A stretch of 64,000 bases of DNA from Ascidiella aspersa (taxonomy: Eukaryota): contig OZ004611.1 of the NCBI GenBank assembly GCA_963924565.1, forward strand, positions 24,552,001-24,616,000. Direction: 5' to 3'. Positions 28,901-39,800 of this stretch are shown here, in pieces; the stretch's first letter is position 1, and each line of letters opens with the position of its first letter. The notes below the pieces were generated by a model, which did no database searches, was not told the origin of the DNA, and was given only the letters and a program-made list of their open reading frames with translations. The translations under genes and the position numbers were made by a program.

Positions 28901-30195
28901 ACAACTCAAATATACACAACAAATAAATCCATGGCAGTTAAATATAAGCATGTGTACTGAGAGAAGGCGTTCTTTAGCAAATATTTGTAGAAATATATAA
29001 TTAAAAACCTAAATTACTGGTATTTACCTGTTCCTCTTCACTGCTATCCGATGTTGAAGCATCATCCTCAGATTTCCCAGCCATTTCAAGCCTCGTGTCA
29101 GGCTCAAATGGATAAGCTGTGAGGGCCACATACCCATCAGGAGTTTCTTCAATGTTTACATTCACAACACCTGTAAATAAATTGATATTATTTCACACTA
29201 CCATACAAAAAATCACTTCCAGAAATATTCACAAACACAAGGTTTAAAGCCATTTGGCATATTTCTATTTTTTTTTAATTTATGGCGACATATGGAATAG
29301 AAGGCCTACTTAAAAAATCAATAATACCTTATTGTTCTGTAAGAAACATCTCAAATCAATACATAGTATACAATGCAGTAAATTTAAGAGATATCTTTCT
29401 ACATTCTGATATTGAATAGTTATTTTTTGTTGGATTTATATTTACCATATTTCCTAACCTACCTTTATATCTAGGTGCAAACTGTTTAATATCAGCAGGT
29501 AAAGACTTGTAGAAGAAATGTTCACGGTAGTTTAAAGGCTTGCAAACAGTTGTCTCATTCAGGCACATCATAGTTGCTCGGCCAGCCACCTTGTAAATAA
29601 ATGTCTCAAATAAATAAGAGAAATTTTAGTTGGGTTTAGACTGGAGTTAGTAATTTGGGTTTTGAGTTGGTTTACATGTACTAAAAATACATGTTTAAAA
29701 AACTAAAGCACAATGTAATTACTGCTTTACATACCCAAAGTACGTCTGGTGTTTGAGTGCAGTGTAGTGAATTCACACTTTAAACAAACAAACCATCGAA
29801 ACAGTCTATACATTATACAACTTGTATCCCTAAACCTTTTGAGTAAAGTATACCTGTGTTATTATAGGACCAGACCATAATACAGCATAGGTTAATAGGT
29901 TAGATAGACCATGAAAAAGCACCCAAAGTTTCTATTTGGATGCGATAAAGGTTATTTTCAACTGTAGGTTGTTTATAATCACAATGTCCACTCAACGAAA
30001 AGTACCTAAAGTGATAAAAATAGAGCAACTGATTGACAGAAGTCTATTTATGTTTAATCTTGTTGTTTTGAATAGGTATAAAAGAAAAAAAGATCTTCAA
30101 ACCTGGTGTAGAAATGGTTCCAGAGTTATTCCCCGTCCAAAGTTTGCAACATCTTCGTTAAGTTGCAAGTTGTGAGCACTACTCATAATCACCAT
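19983..30195 (-). CDS. IP6K: Inositol hexakisphosphate kinase (IP6K family), 7 coding exons, 407 aa
   Basis: Exons (minus strand) 30103-30195, 29463-29589, 29028-29170, 27876-27943, 27150-27307, 26399-26574, 19983-20441, total 1224 nt. Phases are consistent when the GC donor after 27876 is used. Motifs LEPFLHQV, CKPL..RE..FY..LP, NPW, FILLENV, PCVLDLKMGTR (PxxxDxKxG), YRFYSSSLL, RMIDFA, DHGYIFGL. Confidence 0.95.
21238..21524. mobile_element. Degenerate hAT-type MITE in the last IP6K intron
   Basis: CAGGG.../...CCTG ends with GCCGG subterminal motifs; flanks GTATAGA/GTGTAGA resemble an imperfect TSD. Confidence 0.45.
24143..24183 (+). ncRNA. Degenerate minimal hammerhead ribozyme (Penelope-like remnant)
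   Basis: TTGAC-CTGATGA-A-GCAC-GGTT-GGGC-GAAA-GAGA-TT-TCAA. Both core boxes are present, but stems I and II each carry a mismatch. It follows a T-rich tract. Confidence 0.45.
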
Positions 30196-31014
30196 GTCGC
30201 AAGTAAAAAACGATAAATTAAGGAGTAACTTAACACACAAAACACACGCAGACAGAGGCAAAACAAAAGGTGTAACTGCAATGCAAAAATTCTAATGTGA
30301 ATGATGTTGTTTTTGGCCCCAGGCCATATTTGCACAAGATTTTGATTTTTTTATAAAAGGTTTTAGTTCAGAACTACTATGCTGAATTCGAAACTTGTTT
30401 TGCCTGCAATAAAAAGTTGTTACAAATAAAACAAATTTAGATTCGTATCATTTTACTTTATATCAAAACCTCTTGTTGGTCAAACATTTTATTGATTACA
30501 CCTTTAACTCCATACAACTTTAAATCTAGGCATGCACACACACACCTCTAATGATGTTGTTGTAAAGTTATGCAACAAATAAAAATAATGTAACAATAGC
30601 GGAATTATATTTTAATAATTATTTTCCTGAGACCATGTAAACTCCTATTTATACTAACCCACTCCAACATTTAAACTATTTGCCTCGTTTAAAACATCTG
30701 ACAAACCTAGCAACAGGACAAAACATATATTTGGTGATCTTAATCTTACCAAACAACGCAAAAACTTTTGTTAGTAACTATAGACATAAAGAGGTTGAAA
30801 TTATTTTTTTTCTTGTTGTTTTACCACAAATGCTGTTTGAAATGGAGGATCATAAAAAGAACCACACAACACCAGTAAAGCATCCCCAAAGCATCTTATC
30901 AGAAAAAGTGAAATAAATACAGCCCTGGTTAATGTATTTTTTGCCCTAAGAGTTTGTTAGCTATATAGTGGTTATACATGGAAACAAAAACAATATCATC
31001 CAAAAATGAACTGA

Positions 31015-31197
31015 GGTCTAGAAATCCTACTATAGCGTTAAAACAATTATTAAAACAACGCACAATATTTGGGTTAGGTTGTCAGTTAGTATTTTGGGTG
31101 AGGGTTGAAGTATAATTATTTAATAATACCCTAAACAACCCAAACCCGCACCCTTACCCAAATAATGTTCGTTGTGGTAGGATTCTAGACCAGCACC
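31015..31197. mobile_element. MITE with GGTCTAGAAATCCTAC terminal inverted repeats
   Basis: GGTCTAGAAATCCTAC (31015) is inverted with GTAGGATTCTAGACC (ending 31191). Internal GGGTTAGG/CCCTAA-like motifs are also inverted, and GAACTGAG is repeated on both flanks. Confidence 0.6.
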
Positions 31198-31516
31198 GAA
31201 CTGAGTTCTACAACGTCTTACTTCCTTCACCAATTATATACTGAATGGCAACTGCTAACCTTCGCTGCATGTCTGTTCTGTAGCCGAGCGTATCAACTGA
31301 CTCGGCAACAAAGTCACACAGGTCCTTCCTTTTCAAACAAGGACGTGCTGCTACCGCAGCCTAAGCAGTTTTTTCAACACCAGAAAACTACAGCTAGTGT
31401 CGACTACACAAGTCAACGCTATCGAAACCCTCAATATACTGATGTTGCGCAAGATTTCGCCGTATGAACCTCGGTTTCTGCGAAGTCTGGCTCATAAAGA
31501 AGCAATGTTTGACTTG

Positions 31517-31542
31517 TGACGTCACGGCAGCCTGTCACGTGA
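31517..31542. promoter_or_regulatory. CRE (TGACGTCA) plus E-box (GTCACGTGA) in the CpG-rich putative IP6K promoter
   Basis: Both palindromes lie 10 bp apart, upstream of a minus-strand donor (GAA|GTAAG, about 31220) and an acceptor (ATTGCAG, about 30404) that would give IP6K a non-coding first exon. Confidence 0.45.
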
Positions 31543-33214
31543 TAGTTTTGACCCTCCATTGTCTCTCGTTTGGAGTTTACGATTTTCGGCGAAGCATTTT
31601 TGTTTATATTTCTGTCCAAATACGGCGCGTGTCAGTTCTTACTTCTTTTGTATTGTACTGATTCACGCAGTCGGTATTCTTTTGACCATTTAAGCTTTAA
31701 GGTAAAATTAACTGACACAGGCGGCATACGTAGTTACAAAGCAAACAATGATGACAGAATGTTTATTAAGACTTTTTTGTGGAAAAGTGGTGAATAAACA
31801 GCAATGTTTATATTGCAAAAGCTAAAAAGTGTAAAATATGACCAGCTAAGCGAAATGGAAAAACAACAAACCGAACGTGCTTTCATTTTACAGCATAAAA
31901 CATTTAACAAACATGTTGGATTAAGTTTGGGACATGCAACAGGGGAGATTTATTTCCGGTCATACACGGAATGAACTGTTATCGAGTTGAATGCTCTCGG
32001 AAGTTAAGTTTGGAAATTCAAACTCGCGTTGGGCAAACATCGTGGTTTGCTGATCACGTATGTTGTGCGTGATTGCGAAATGCGCCGGCGCGTGATTTTT
32101 CCAGACCTGACGGCGTTCATTGCGCATGGGCATAAACGCACGTGTATAAGGCAAACATTGAAAAAACGGATGGTAGTGGCCAATGGTTGTGTCGTCGGCT
32201 ATGTACAACAGTTGTATGCCTTTGGCAATTAGGATAGCAAGAATCATGACAAAGACATACAGTTATAAATGCAAATAACTGAAGGTGCAAATACCTAAAG
32301 TGCTGGCTTGTATTGCTTAGCCATTTCAATATTGGTTGTGGCAAAGACGTTGCCACCTGTTAGAACCTATAATACAATTTTTTTTAATTGGCAAGAATAT
32401 ATTTATGCAAACTTCTTTAACTGCAGTAGTTCACATGGTTAGATTTATTGAGATTAATTGCGCACCAAGTTCTACATAATTTGGGAAAATTATAAAAGCA
32501 ATAAGAAGACATAGCTTATTTAATTTAATTTCAAATTTATTCATGATATTTTGTTCTTGGTGTTTTATTTACTCTAAGCTTACAGAAAGTTCGGGAAACT
32601 TTACTGGTAAGCTTACGCTTAAGATTTAGGTCGATTTAATTTGTCTTTTGTGTTTATTGCTTCGTCGTTATAACCTATTGCTATTGTAAGCAGTAAGGCC
32701 TAAATTAAATTGTTCAAAAAGTAAGTTGTACGCGTTTAAAACATTATTGAAATTTAGACCAGTCTTTGGCATGGTATTTTAGGCAGAGGTATAAATTAAA
32801 AAGATGAAAACGATTTCCACCGAAACGAATAGAAGTTTTCGGAGGTGGCGTTACATAGAAAACTAAGGTTATATTTCGATGTAGCATACAAACATGCAAC
32901 TGGAATCTTAGTTTAAATACATTCAAAGAGATGGCGGAACGACGGGCATGTCTCGGTAAAAAACGTCCCGCAAACATTTATTTTAACGGCGTCCTAGACT
33001 AGATCCGGTTTATTTTAACCACTGATTTTAGGTTAAACTAGGGCATTTAAAGCGCTTCGTGAAACGTCAAACCAATGTTGCAAAACCAGCGAAACTGCTT
33101 TAAAGTTCTTTTGACCCAAATGACATTAGGTTTAGCAAGCACTTTTTGCAATTGTGCAACAACACAAATTGTGTTTTTAAACGTGTCTGATATTAACAAT
33201 ATCATGTTGTAAAT

Positions 33215-33689
33215 CAATTGTCGGCAAACTGTGGGCCGCGGCCCAACTGTGGGCCGCAGAGCCATTTTTAGTGGGCCACGAGTTACATTTGAATAGCTTA
33301 GTGTTATAATGTAGTTGTAGGCCGCGTGCTGATAGTCGTACATTCATTGCACTTTATTTTAAAAGTTGGTGTGGCATCAAATTTTAAAATTGACTCAACT
33401 TGGAAAAGGCCCACGTGCCAAATGTGGTCCTGGGAGCCTGTCGAACTATATTTTTTCCCAACTTGTACTGTATGTAATTAAAAAAATTCGCGCTCATATT
33501 CTTCGTTTTATAGTATGTTTTACATTATGATATGGCAGTGTTTTGGGCACCAAGACGCCGTATTATATTTCAGCTTAAAATCAAATATCCTAAATCCGCC
33601 ACTTTTTCGTACTAGTTTTACGTAGTGGGCCTTCAATAGCTCTGTGGAGAGTACTTTGGGCCACGACAAAAAAAGTTTGCCGACCACTG
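33215..33689. mobile_element. Non-autonomous hAT element
   Basis: TIRs CAATTGTCGGCAAACT / AGTTTGCCGACCACTG, GGGCCGC/GGGCCAC subterminal motifs, and a perfect 8-bp TSD TTGTAAAT (33207-33214 and 33690-33697). Confidence 0.85.
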
Positions 33690-33885
33690 TTGTAAATGAT
33701 GGAAGTATAGTATATTTCAATGATGAAAATAACGGCCCAAATAGACGTTAAAAGCGACATGCTTTATTTTCAAACGTTTCGGCAATTTCTAATGCCATCA
33801 TCAGTGAGATGTATGTTTAAAGCTTTATCATATTATTTACACTGTGCAATATTGATTTATCTTAAAGCAATACATCATGCTCCAT

Positions 33886-36800
33886 TTAGTTTCTGGTATT
33901 GACTCTTTGCTCCCTAACATTCGTTTTGTACTGCTGCTTCTTGCGTGTACTCTTTTGAATGTATCGTTTGCGAAGCTTGTATCTGGAAAGCGAAAAAGCA
34001 AAGCCTTATGAAAACAGGCGAAACCGATTTATAGCATATAGCAACTTTGTAGATAAATAAATAAAACTTTTACCTAACTTGTTTGCTTAAGTGTATTTGT
34101 GATTCTTATAAGAGAGAGTTTAAATTAAATGACAAATTAATTGACTTAAAACAAAGGATGTCCAACAAAATCGGGTCTGACCAGATGCCCTGCCCGATTT
34201 CAAACATTGTTGTTCGTTGGATTGTAGGGTGGCATGGACGCCTATCCAATACCAAATTAATATAGGAATGTCTGGCACAATTTGCGATCCAACAAATTGA
34301 TTTTCCACCTTAAACGTCGCACATTTTATTTGTTTTGTTTGTTTGACCATAATCGGCATTTAATGTAAAATATGGGATATCCATACTATTAGTAACTAGT
34401 TTAATCCTTAAACCTCAAATTTACCTCCATGGATCCTGGTTCAACCCCTGTACTAGTTTAATTGTTCAACCTCAAAATTACCTGTTGCAAGTGAAAAGGT
34501 CAGCGACTTGCATCACACAGCAAACGTAGCCGCGCTGGAAGTGCTTGCTGTTCCAGCCGTAGATGAAGCTGTTTATAGAAGAGTTGCACATCCCCAGCCA
34601 GGACGTTGGACGCTTCACTGGAAAAGCAAATGGCGATTCGAGCATTGTTAATGAATTTGTTGTTTGTGCAGGAACAGAGCCTAGACAGTTGACTAGGATG
34701 GATTTAAAACTAGGGAGTTTTAATCTTTTCAAACTGGTTTAGAGTTCATAAAAGTAAAATCGAAATCGAGCTAAACACAAACTTGTTGTGCAGATAGTTT
34801 AGTGAGGTTCCATTCGCAAATTATATCGAATCGGAAAAGGGAAAGACTTGTGATAATTTGGTTCAATTGCTTCCTGTGTGATGAAATTCTTGTATAAACT
34901 TTAACCTGTCTAAAATTACACTTGAATTATTGGTATTCAGTGCAATTTTCGACGAATTAGGCAAGCTAAAAAATTATTAGTAATTAATCCGTCTATTACT
35001 GTACCGTATGCCCAAATTATATACAAGAAAACGAAAACATTGTTACTTTTCTTGCCCGTATTTTGTTTTCACAACGGTTGTCATCGCAAATATTCCATGT
35101 TTACGCAACCTTTAGAATTTCATCGTTTAAAATTCATTGTGGCAGATGTTGTCGACCAAGGGAGAATGAGTTTTGAGTTTACAAAGGAGAAATTTGATAT
35201 TTATGTATTTATATAGGATATCACGATTGAGTAAATTGTTCATCGTCAATGTTTGTAAAAATTGTAAAAAACTATTTGTTTAGGTCAAGTTGCTTACTAT
35301 TGAATATAATTTTTGTGCAAGCACCAGCGTACGTATTAACGTTTCGTTTACCTTCTTGCCTTTTATAAGGCTGCGTTTTAGGCAGGAGTGCATAGAGGCA
35401 AGCTGTTTTGCCGCCGAATTGTTTGCCCTCTGTTTAGAATCAGTGGCCGAAAATGAGCTGTGTTAGAAATTAGGTTCCAATTGAAATTATTAGGGGAGTG
35501 ATAAAGTAAGCGCGGGGTTTGGAGTTGGGTCAAATGTTGTATAGGCCTTATTCTGGCCATTTAGGTCTTATTCCGACTATAATTTAGGTCTTAGCCGATT
35601 TAGACGATATTACGACTATAGGTATGTCATATTTAGGCGTTATTCCTAAGTGTTTTATTTCGACGGGGTTGAACGGTCTTCAGGCTGGAGTCCGTAAAAA
35701 CTTACCACTCATTTATCACAGCTTTTCTCTGTGACCACAAGATATTGAGCTATGTGGGAAACAGGCTTCAACAAATAGGAGTAAAACAACAGTTTGCCGG
35801 CCGCAATGCTGAATTTTTTGACTAAACTTTAACATCGAACTTTAACATACTTAAAAGTAGAGATAGACCGATATATCGGTTTACCAAATAATATCGGCCG
35901 ATATTTGGCTTCTACCGATATATCGGTATCGGTAAATGTTGGCCGATACTTTGGCCGATATTTTAGTACGAAAATAAGATTTAATTTTGCCTGCGTTATT
36001 TGAATTTTATGTCAATTATTTTAAGTTTTCCAAGGTATATAAAAATCGATATCCGTTGACAAAATTGTAAAAAATCGGTTATCGGTATCGGTTCAAAAAA
36101 GTGATATCGGTTGATCTCTACTTAAAGGTGTGTTTAAGTTTTGTACATAAGCGTTACAATTCCAATATTAGGCCTATGAGGTTAAATGACCGACGAATGA
36201 CCAAAAATGTATATCTAATTTATAAATGGCTGAAAGCAATATTAAAAACTAAATGCGACATTAAGAAAGTTCTGTGAATTCCAAAAAATATAACTGAAAT
36301 ACATTGTGATTTAAAAACTAAAGCTAAAATTTATACTACACAAACACGAAAAATTGCACGAAATTTGTGGTCGACATGTTTTTTCGGAGATTATATATTA
36401 ATTTAAGTGGTCATAATCTGCCTGAAAAAAATATATTTAGAAATTTGTTTTAACGGAGTCATAGAAACCACGTACGTTATAATCAGCACAAAAATTTACC
36501 ACTGCCACGAATTGCAGTCTCCTTTCTTAAATCTTGCCCTTTAGCATATAGGCTGCTTCTTGCTTGTGAACCTTAAACACTGAAATAGGGATCACGTGTG
36601 ACAAAACAGGGCAAGTCGGAAAAAATCGTTTTCGCCGAAAGTCGGACCGCAAAGCAAAGGTAAAGCTATAGGTCTGCGGTGGTAGCTCTACAAGCGAAGC
36701 ATTTCTGCGACAGGCATGTAGCGGTCTCAGATGAACCACAATGCAACAAGGGCGAACCGTAACGGGTTAGCGAAGAACCATTATGACATTACCGAAATGA

Positions 36801-39800
36801 ATCGCCCGTACATGGAGTATGGGTTAAATAAGAGCTTTTTGTATTTAACCGAGTGTTTCTCATCCAGCGGTATTTTATATATAACATTATATAATACTGC
36901 TGGATTAGCAACACTCGGTTATATATTATGGCAGCAATAGCTTATTTCTTTTTGTATTTATCGAGCGTGACAAATCGCTTTAAAAACGTACGCTTAATTT
37001 TGATGAAATCGACAGCAGCAGTGAACAATTGAGCCCGGATTTTATTAAGCGATAAACTGCCCTCTAGCGCCCAATGAACTGAATGATATGCGAAACGTCG
37101 CCCTATGTAACTAAAAGTTGGTGTCCTGATCTAGCCTTGTTTATCCCCCGCGTTGTTTTAAGGAAACCAGCTTAGCGTGAAAGACTGCCAATGAGCTGAA
37201 AGTGGCAGTTTTTTTTTATCTAAAGGCAACGATTTTGCATTTGTCGTCTATACAACAATAAATAATACCGCATTACTGAACGCCTACAATGGCTACGTGA
37301 TTTATACCGTACCAAAGCAAACATTTTATAAAATGTATCGAATCCAAACAATCTAGGTAAGAAACGAAACAAAGTGATTTAGCTTGTCCAAATGGCAAAC
37401 AACTTCTCTACCAGCGTTTGACTCAAAAAGTTAATAGAGATTAAGTTAAGTGCAAAATTGAAACCCGAAAGCTATGCTTCAAGTTTAATATGTACATATG
37501 AGTGATATATATCTATCGTATGACATCTAAACACACTGATCTTTCCATTTATTGTACGAGCGTTCAGTGTCATTCACCCTGACGAAGGCGGCTTGTATGT
37601 TGCCGAAACGTTGGTTAACAATTACAATTACCAGAGGAGCTGTTTTTGATTTATATTACTATGCCTGGTAGCAACAGTTTATACACTGATTTATTTTTAG
37701 GTTTTATTATTAGTTTAAGTGCAATTAAACCTGAACACACATATGTTTGTTTACAACTGAAATCTAGGCCTTCTGAAGCTGCATTTTAACCAACGATTAC
37801 AGCTTACATATCATTAGTATACTGAAAGCCATTGCAGACTCTTGACCGATCTGTCAATTAATGATGCAAGCAGGGCAGACTAGAAAAACATCTGGCCTGC
37901 AGTGAGGTTCGAACTCACGCCCTCCGGTCCAAGCCGGGACCGTCGCTCTACCAACTGAGCTATGCAGGCTCAGACGGGAACGAGTCGAGAAACAACCATT
38001 CGCCAATGCTTGCTCATTTGCTTGCATCATTGATCGACAGATTCGGTGAAGAGTCTGCAATGGCTTACGGTATACTAATAGTTTAAGTGCAACCAGAATC
38101 GTTTTTTTTTTACCATTCCAATTCAGTCAGAGTTAAAATTGGCTATGTGGTACCAAAGTCAACCTATATAAGAACATTAAGACATTGCTGTGAGCTATAT
38201 GGCAAGGGATGTGGCTGTTATGGATACCATACAGCTAATTAGTTGCTCGCTATAGTTTCAACAAACTTGTTTCGCACGAAAGACGTACCTAAAAGAGAGA
38301 CAAAACTCACGATGCGGATTTCGAATGTCAAAGTCCCATCCAAGAGAGGAAAGCAGCACTACGCTGCAATAAGGAGTCCACGAAACCAGAAAGCAGACCA
38401 GAACAAGCACTATGGTGTGCAGGAGCTTTGCTTCTCTTTTCTGCATCTGTGGTGCCACGTTGCGCGATTTCATCGTCATTTCCGTTGCTTTCCTGTGTGA
38501 AAAAGCGTTTTTTTTTTCTAGTTTTCTGCGGTTTGCCTGGTGAGATTCATTAGGCCTTATATTGGTTGACCTGTATCATTGCGGTCGTGATGCCCGTACA
38601 TTGTCCTACCGCAAACCAATGTTGAAACGACCGTCCTGTTAACAATTAGCCACTCCAAATTATTAATAGGATTTCAATTAATAGTTGTTACATTTGGCCG
38701 TATAGTGAATATAGCTGATGAAATGATTGTAGTCAGCAATAAGGCATATTGTTTTGTTTTTCGCTTGGTAAGTGATGCTGTCTAAATTTACATGTGTTCC
38801 TCATATCCGAGTATTTAAGAAAAGCTGTTAATAATATTATACTTAAAGAGAAACCGTTAGTTCGCTATACATAACCGCCTTTAAAAATATTCAGTATATG
38901 GATTATATTTATATGATAACAAAACACATTGGTCTGCATAAATTTCGCCATGCGGAGATACAATACCTTGATTGAATTACTTCAAGATGTTTTTCGGTCC
39001 TCAATTTTGAAACAAAAAAACAAACTGATTTAGAAAGTATTAACAAGAGGTTTAAATTTACAACCTTACGTTTTTGCAAAAAAACGTTTTTTGTCAACCT
39101 TTTCATTTTATGTATTCGTACCGCTTGACACGCTGGAATAGAATCCAATAGCAGAGTATGGAAATAGTTAGAGGAACGAAGTATGCCAGGGTGATGTAGG
39201 ATATCATGAACTGTGGCTTTGCAACGTCATCCCATGCGCACATGCCTAAAAACACAGCACGGAAAATGCGTGAAATCGTTCCACTACATAACAAAAATTA
39301 CGCTAATTGTATTTTATAAAGATGAATAACAATCAAGCGATGCCGCAAGTTTAGTTTAAATCAAATCAAAAGGGGTGTTGTTTTGTTGGTATTAACCATG
39401 AAAAGAGTGGTAAATCTACCATCATCCAATTAAAAGTATATAAAGAAAATAACTAAAACACTCTGTCAGCAGTTTCCCTCTGTGCACCCATCCACCTTTA
39501 TATAACTTATTTGGTATAATATTTTTTAGATAGTGGTACTGTCTGAAGACTCTAGAAATTGCTATATGTAGTTTATCCTAATTTTTTAATCCATGTGCTT
39601 TACTTTTGACCTAGATACCCCGGCGCAATTTATCTATAGTTAAGTAACTTACATATCAGCAGAACGTAAAGGTACTCGTTTCAAGTCCTAATTTTAAGCC
39701 TTTAAACATCATGTTTAACAAAAATAATTTCTTATTTAGGTAAATACTTGCTCCTTCGTCGTATATAAGTAGCATTTTGTTGTTGTGTGGTTGGCGGATT

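Noticed and set aside
35540-35650. Degenerate TTTAGGTCTTATTCC-like tandem units, also the CATAGAT-rich tract at 10330-10480
   Set aside because: Low-complexity decayed minisatellites with no further structure that I could support.
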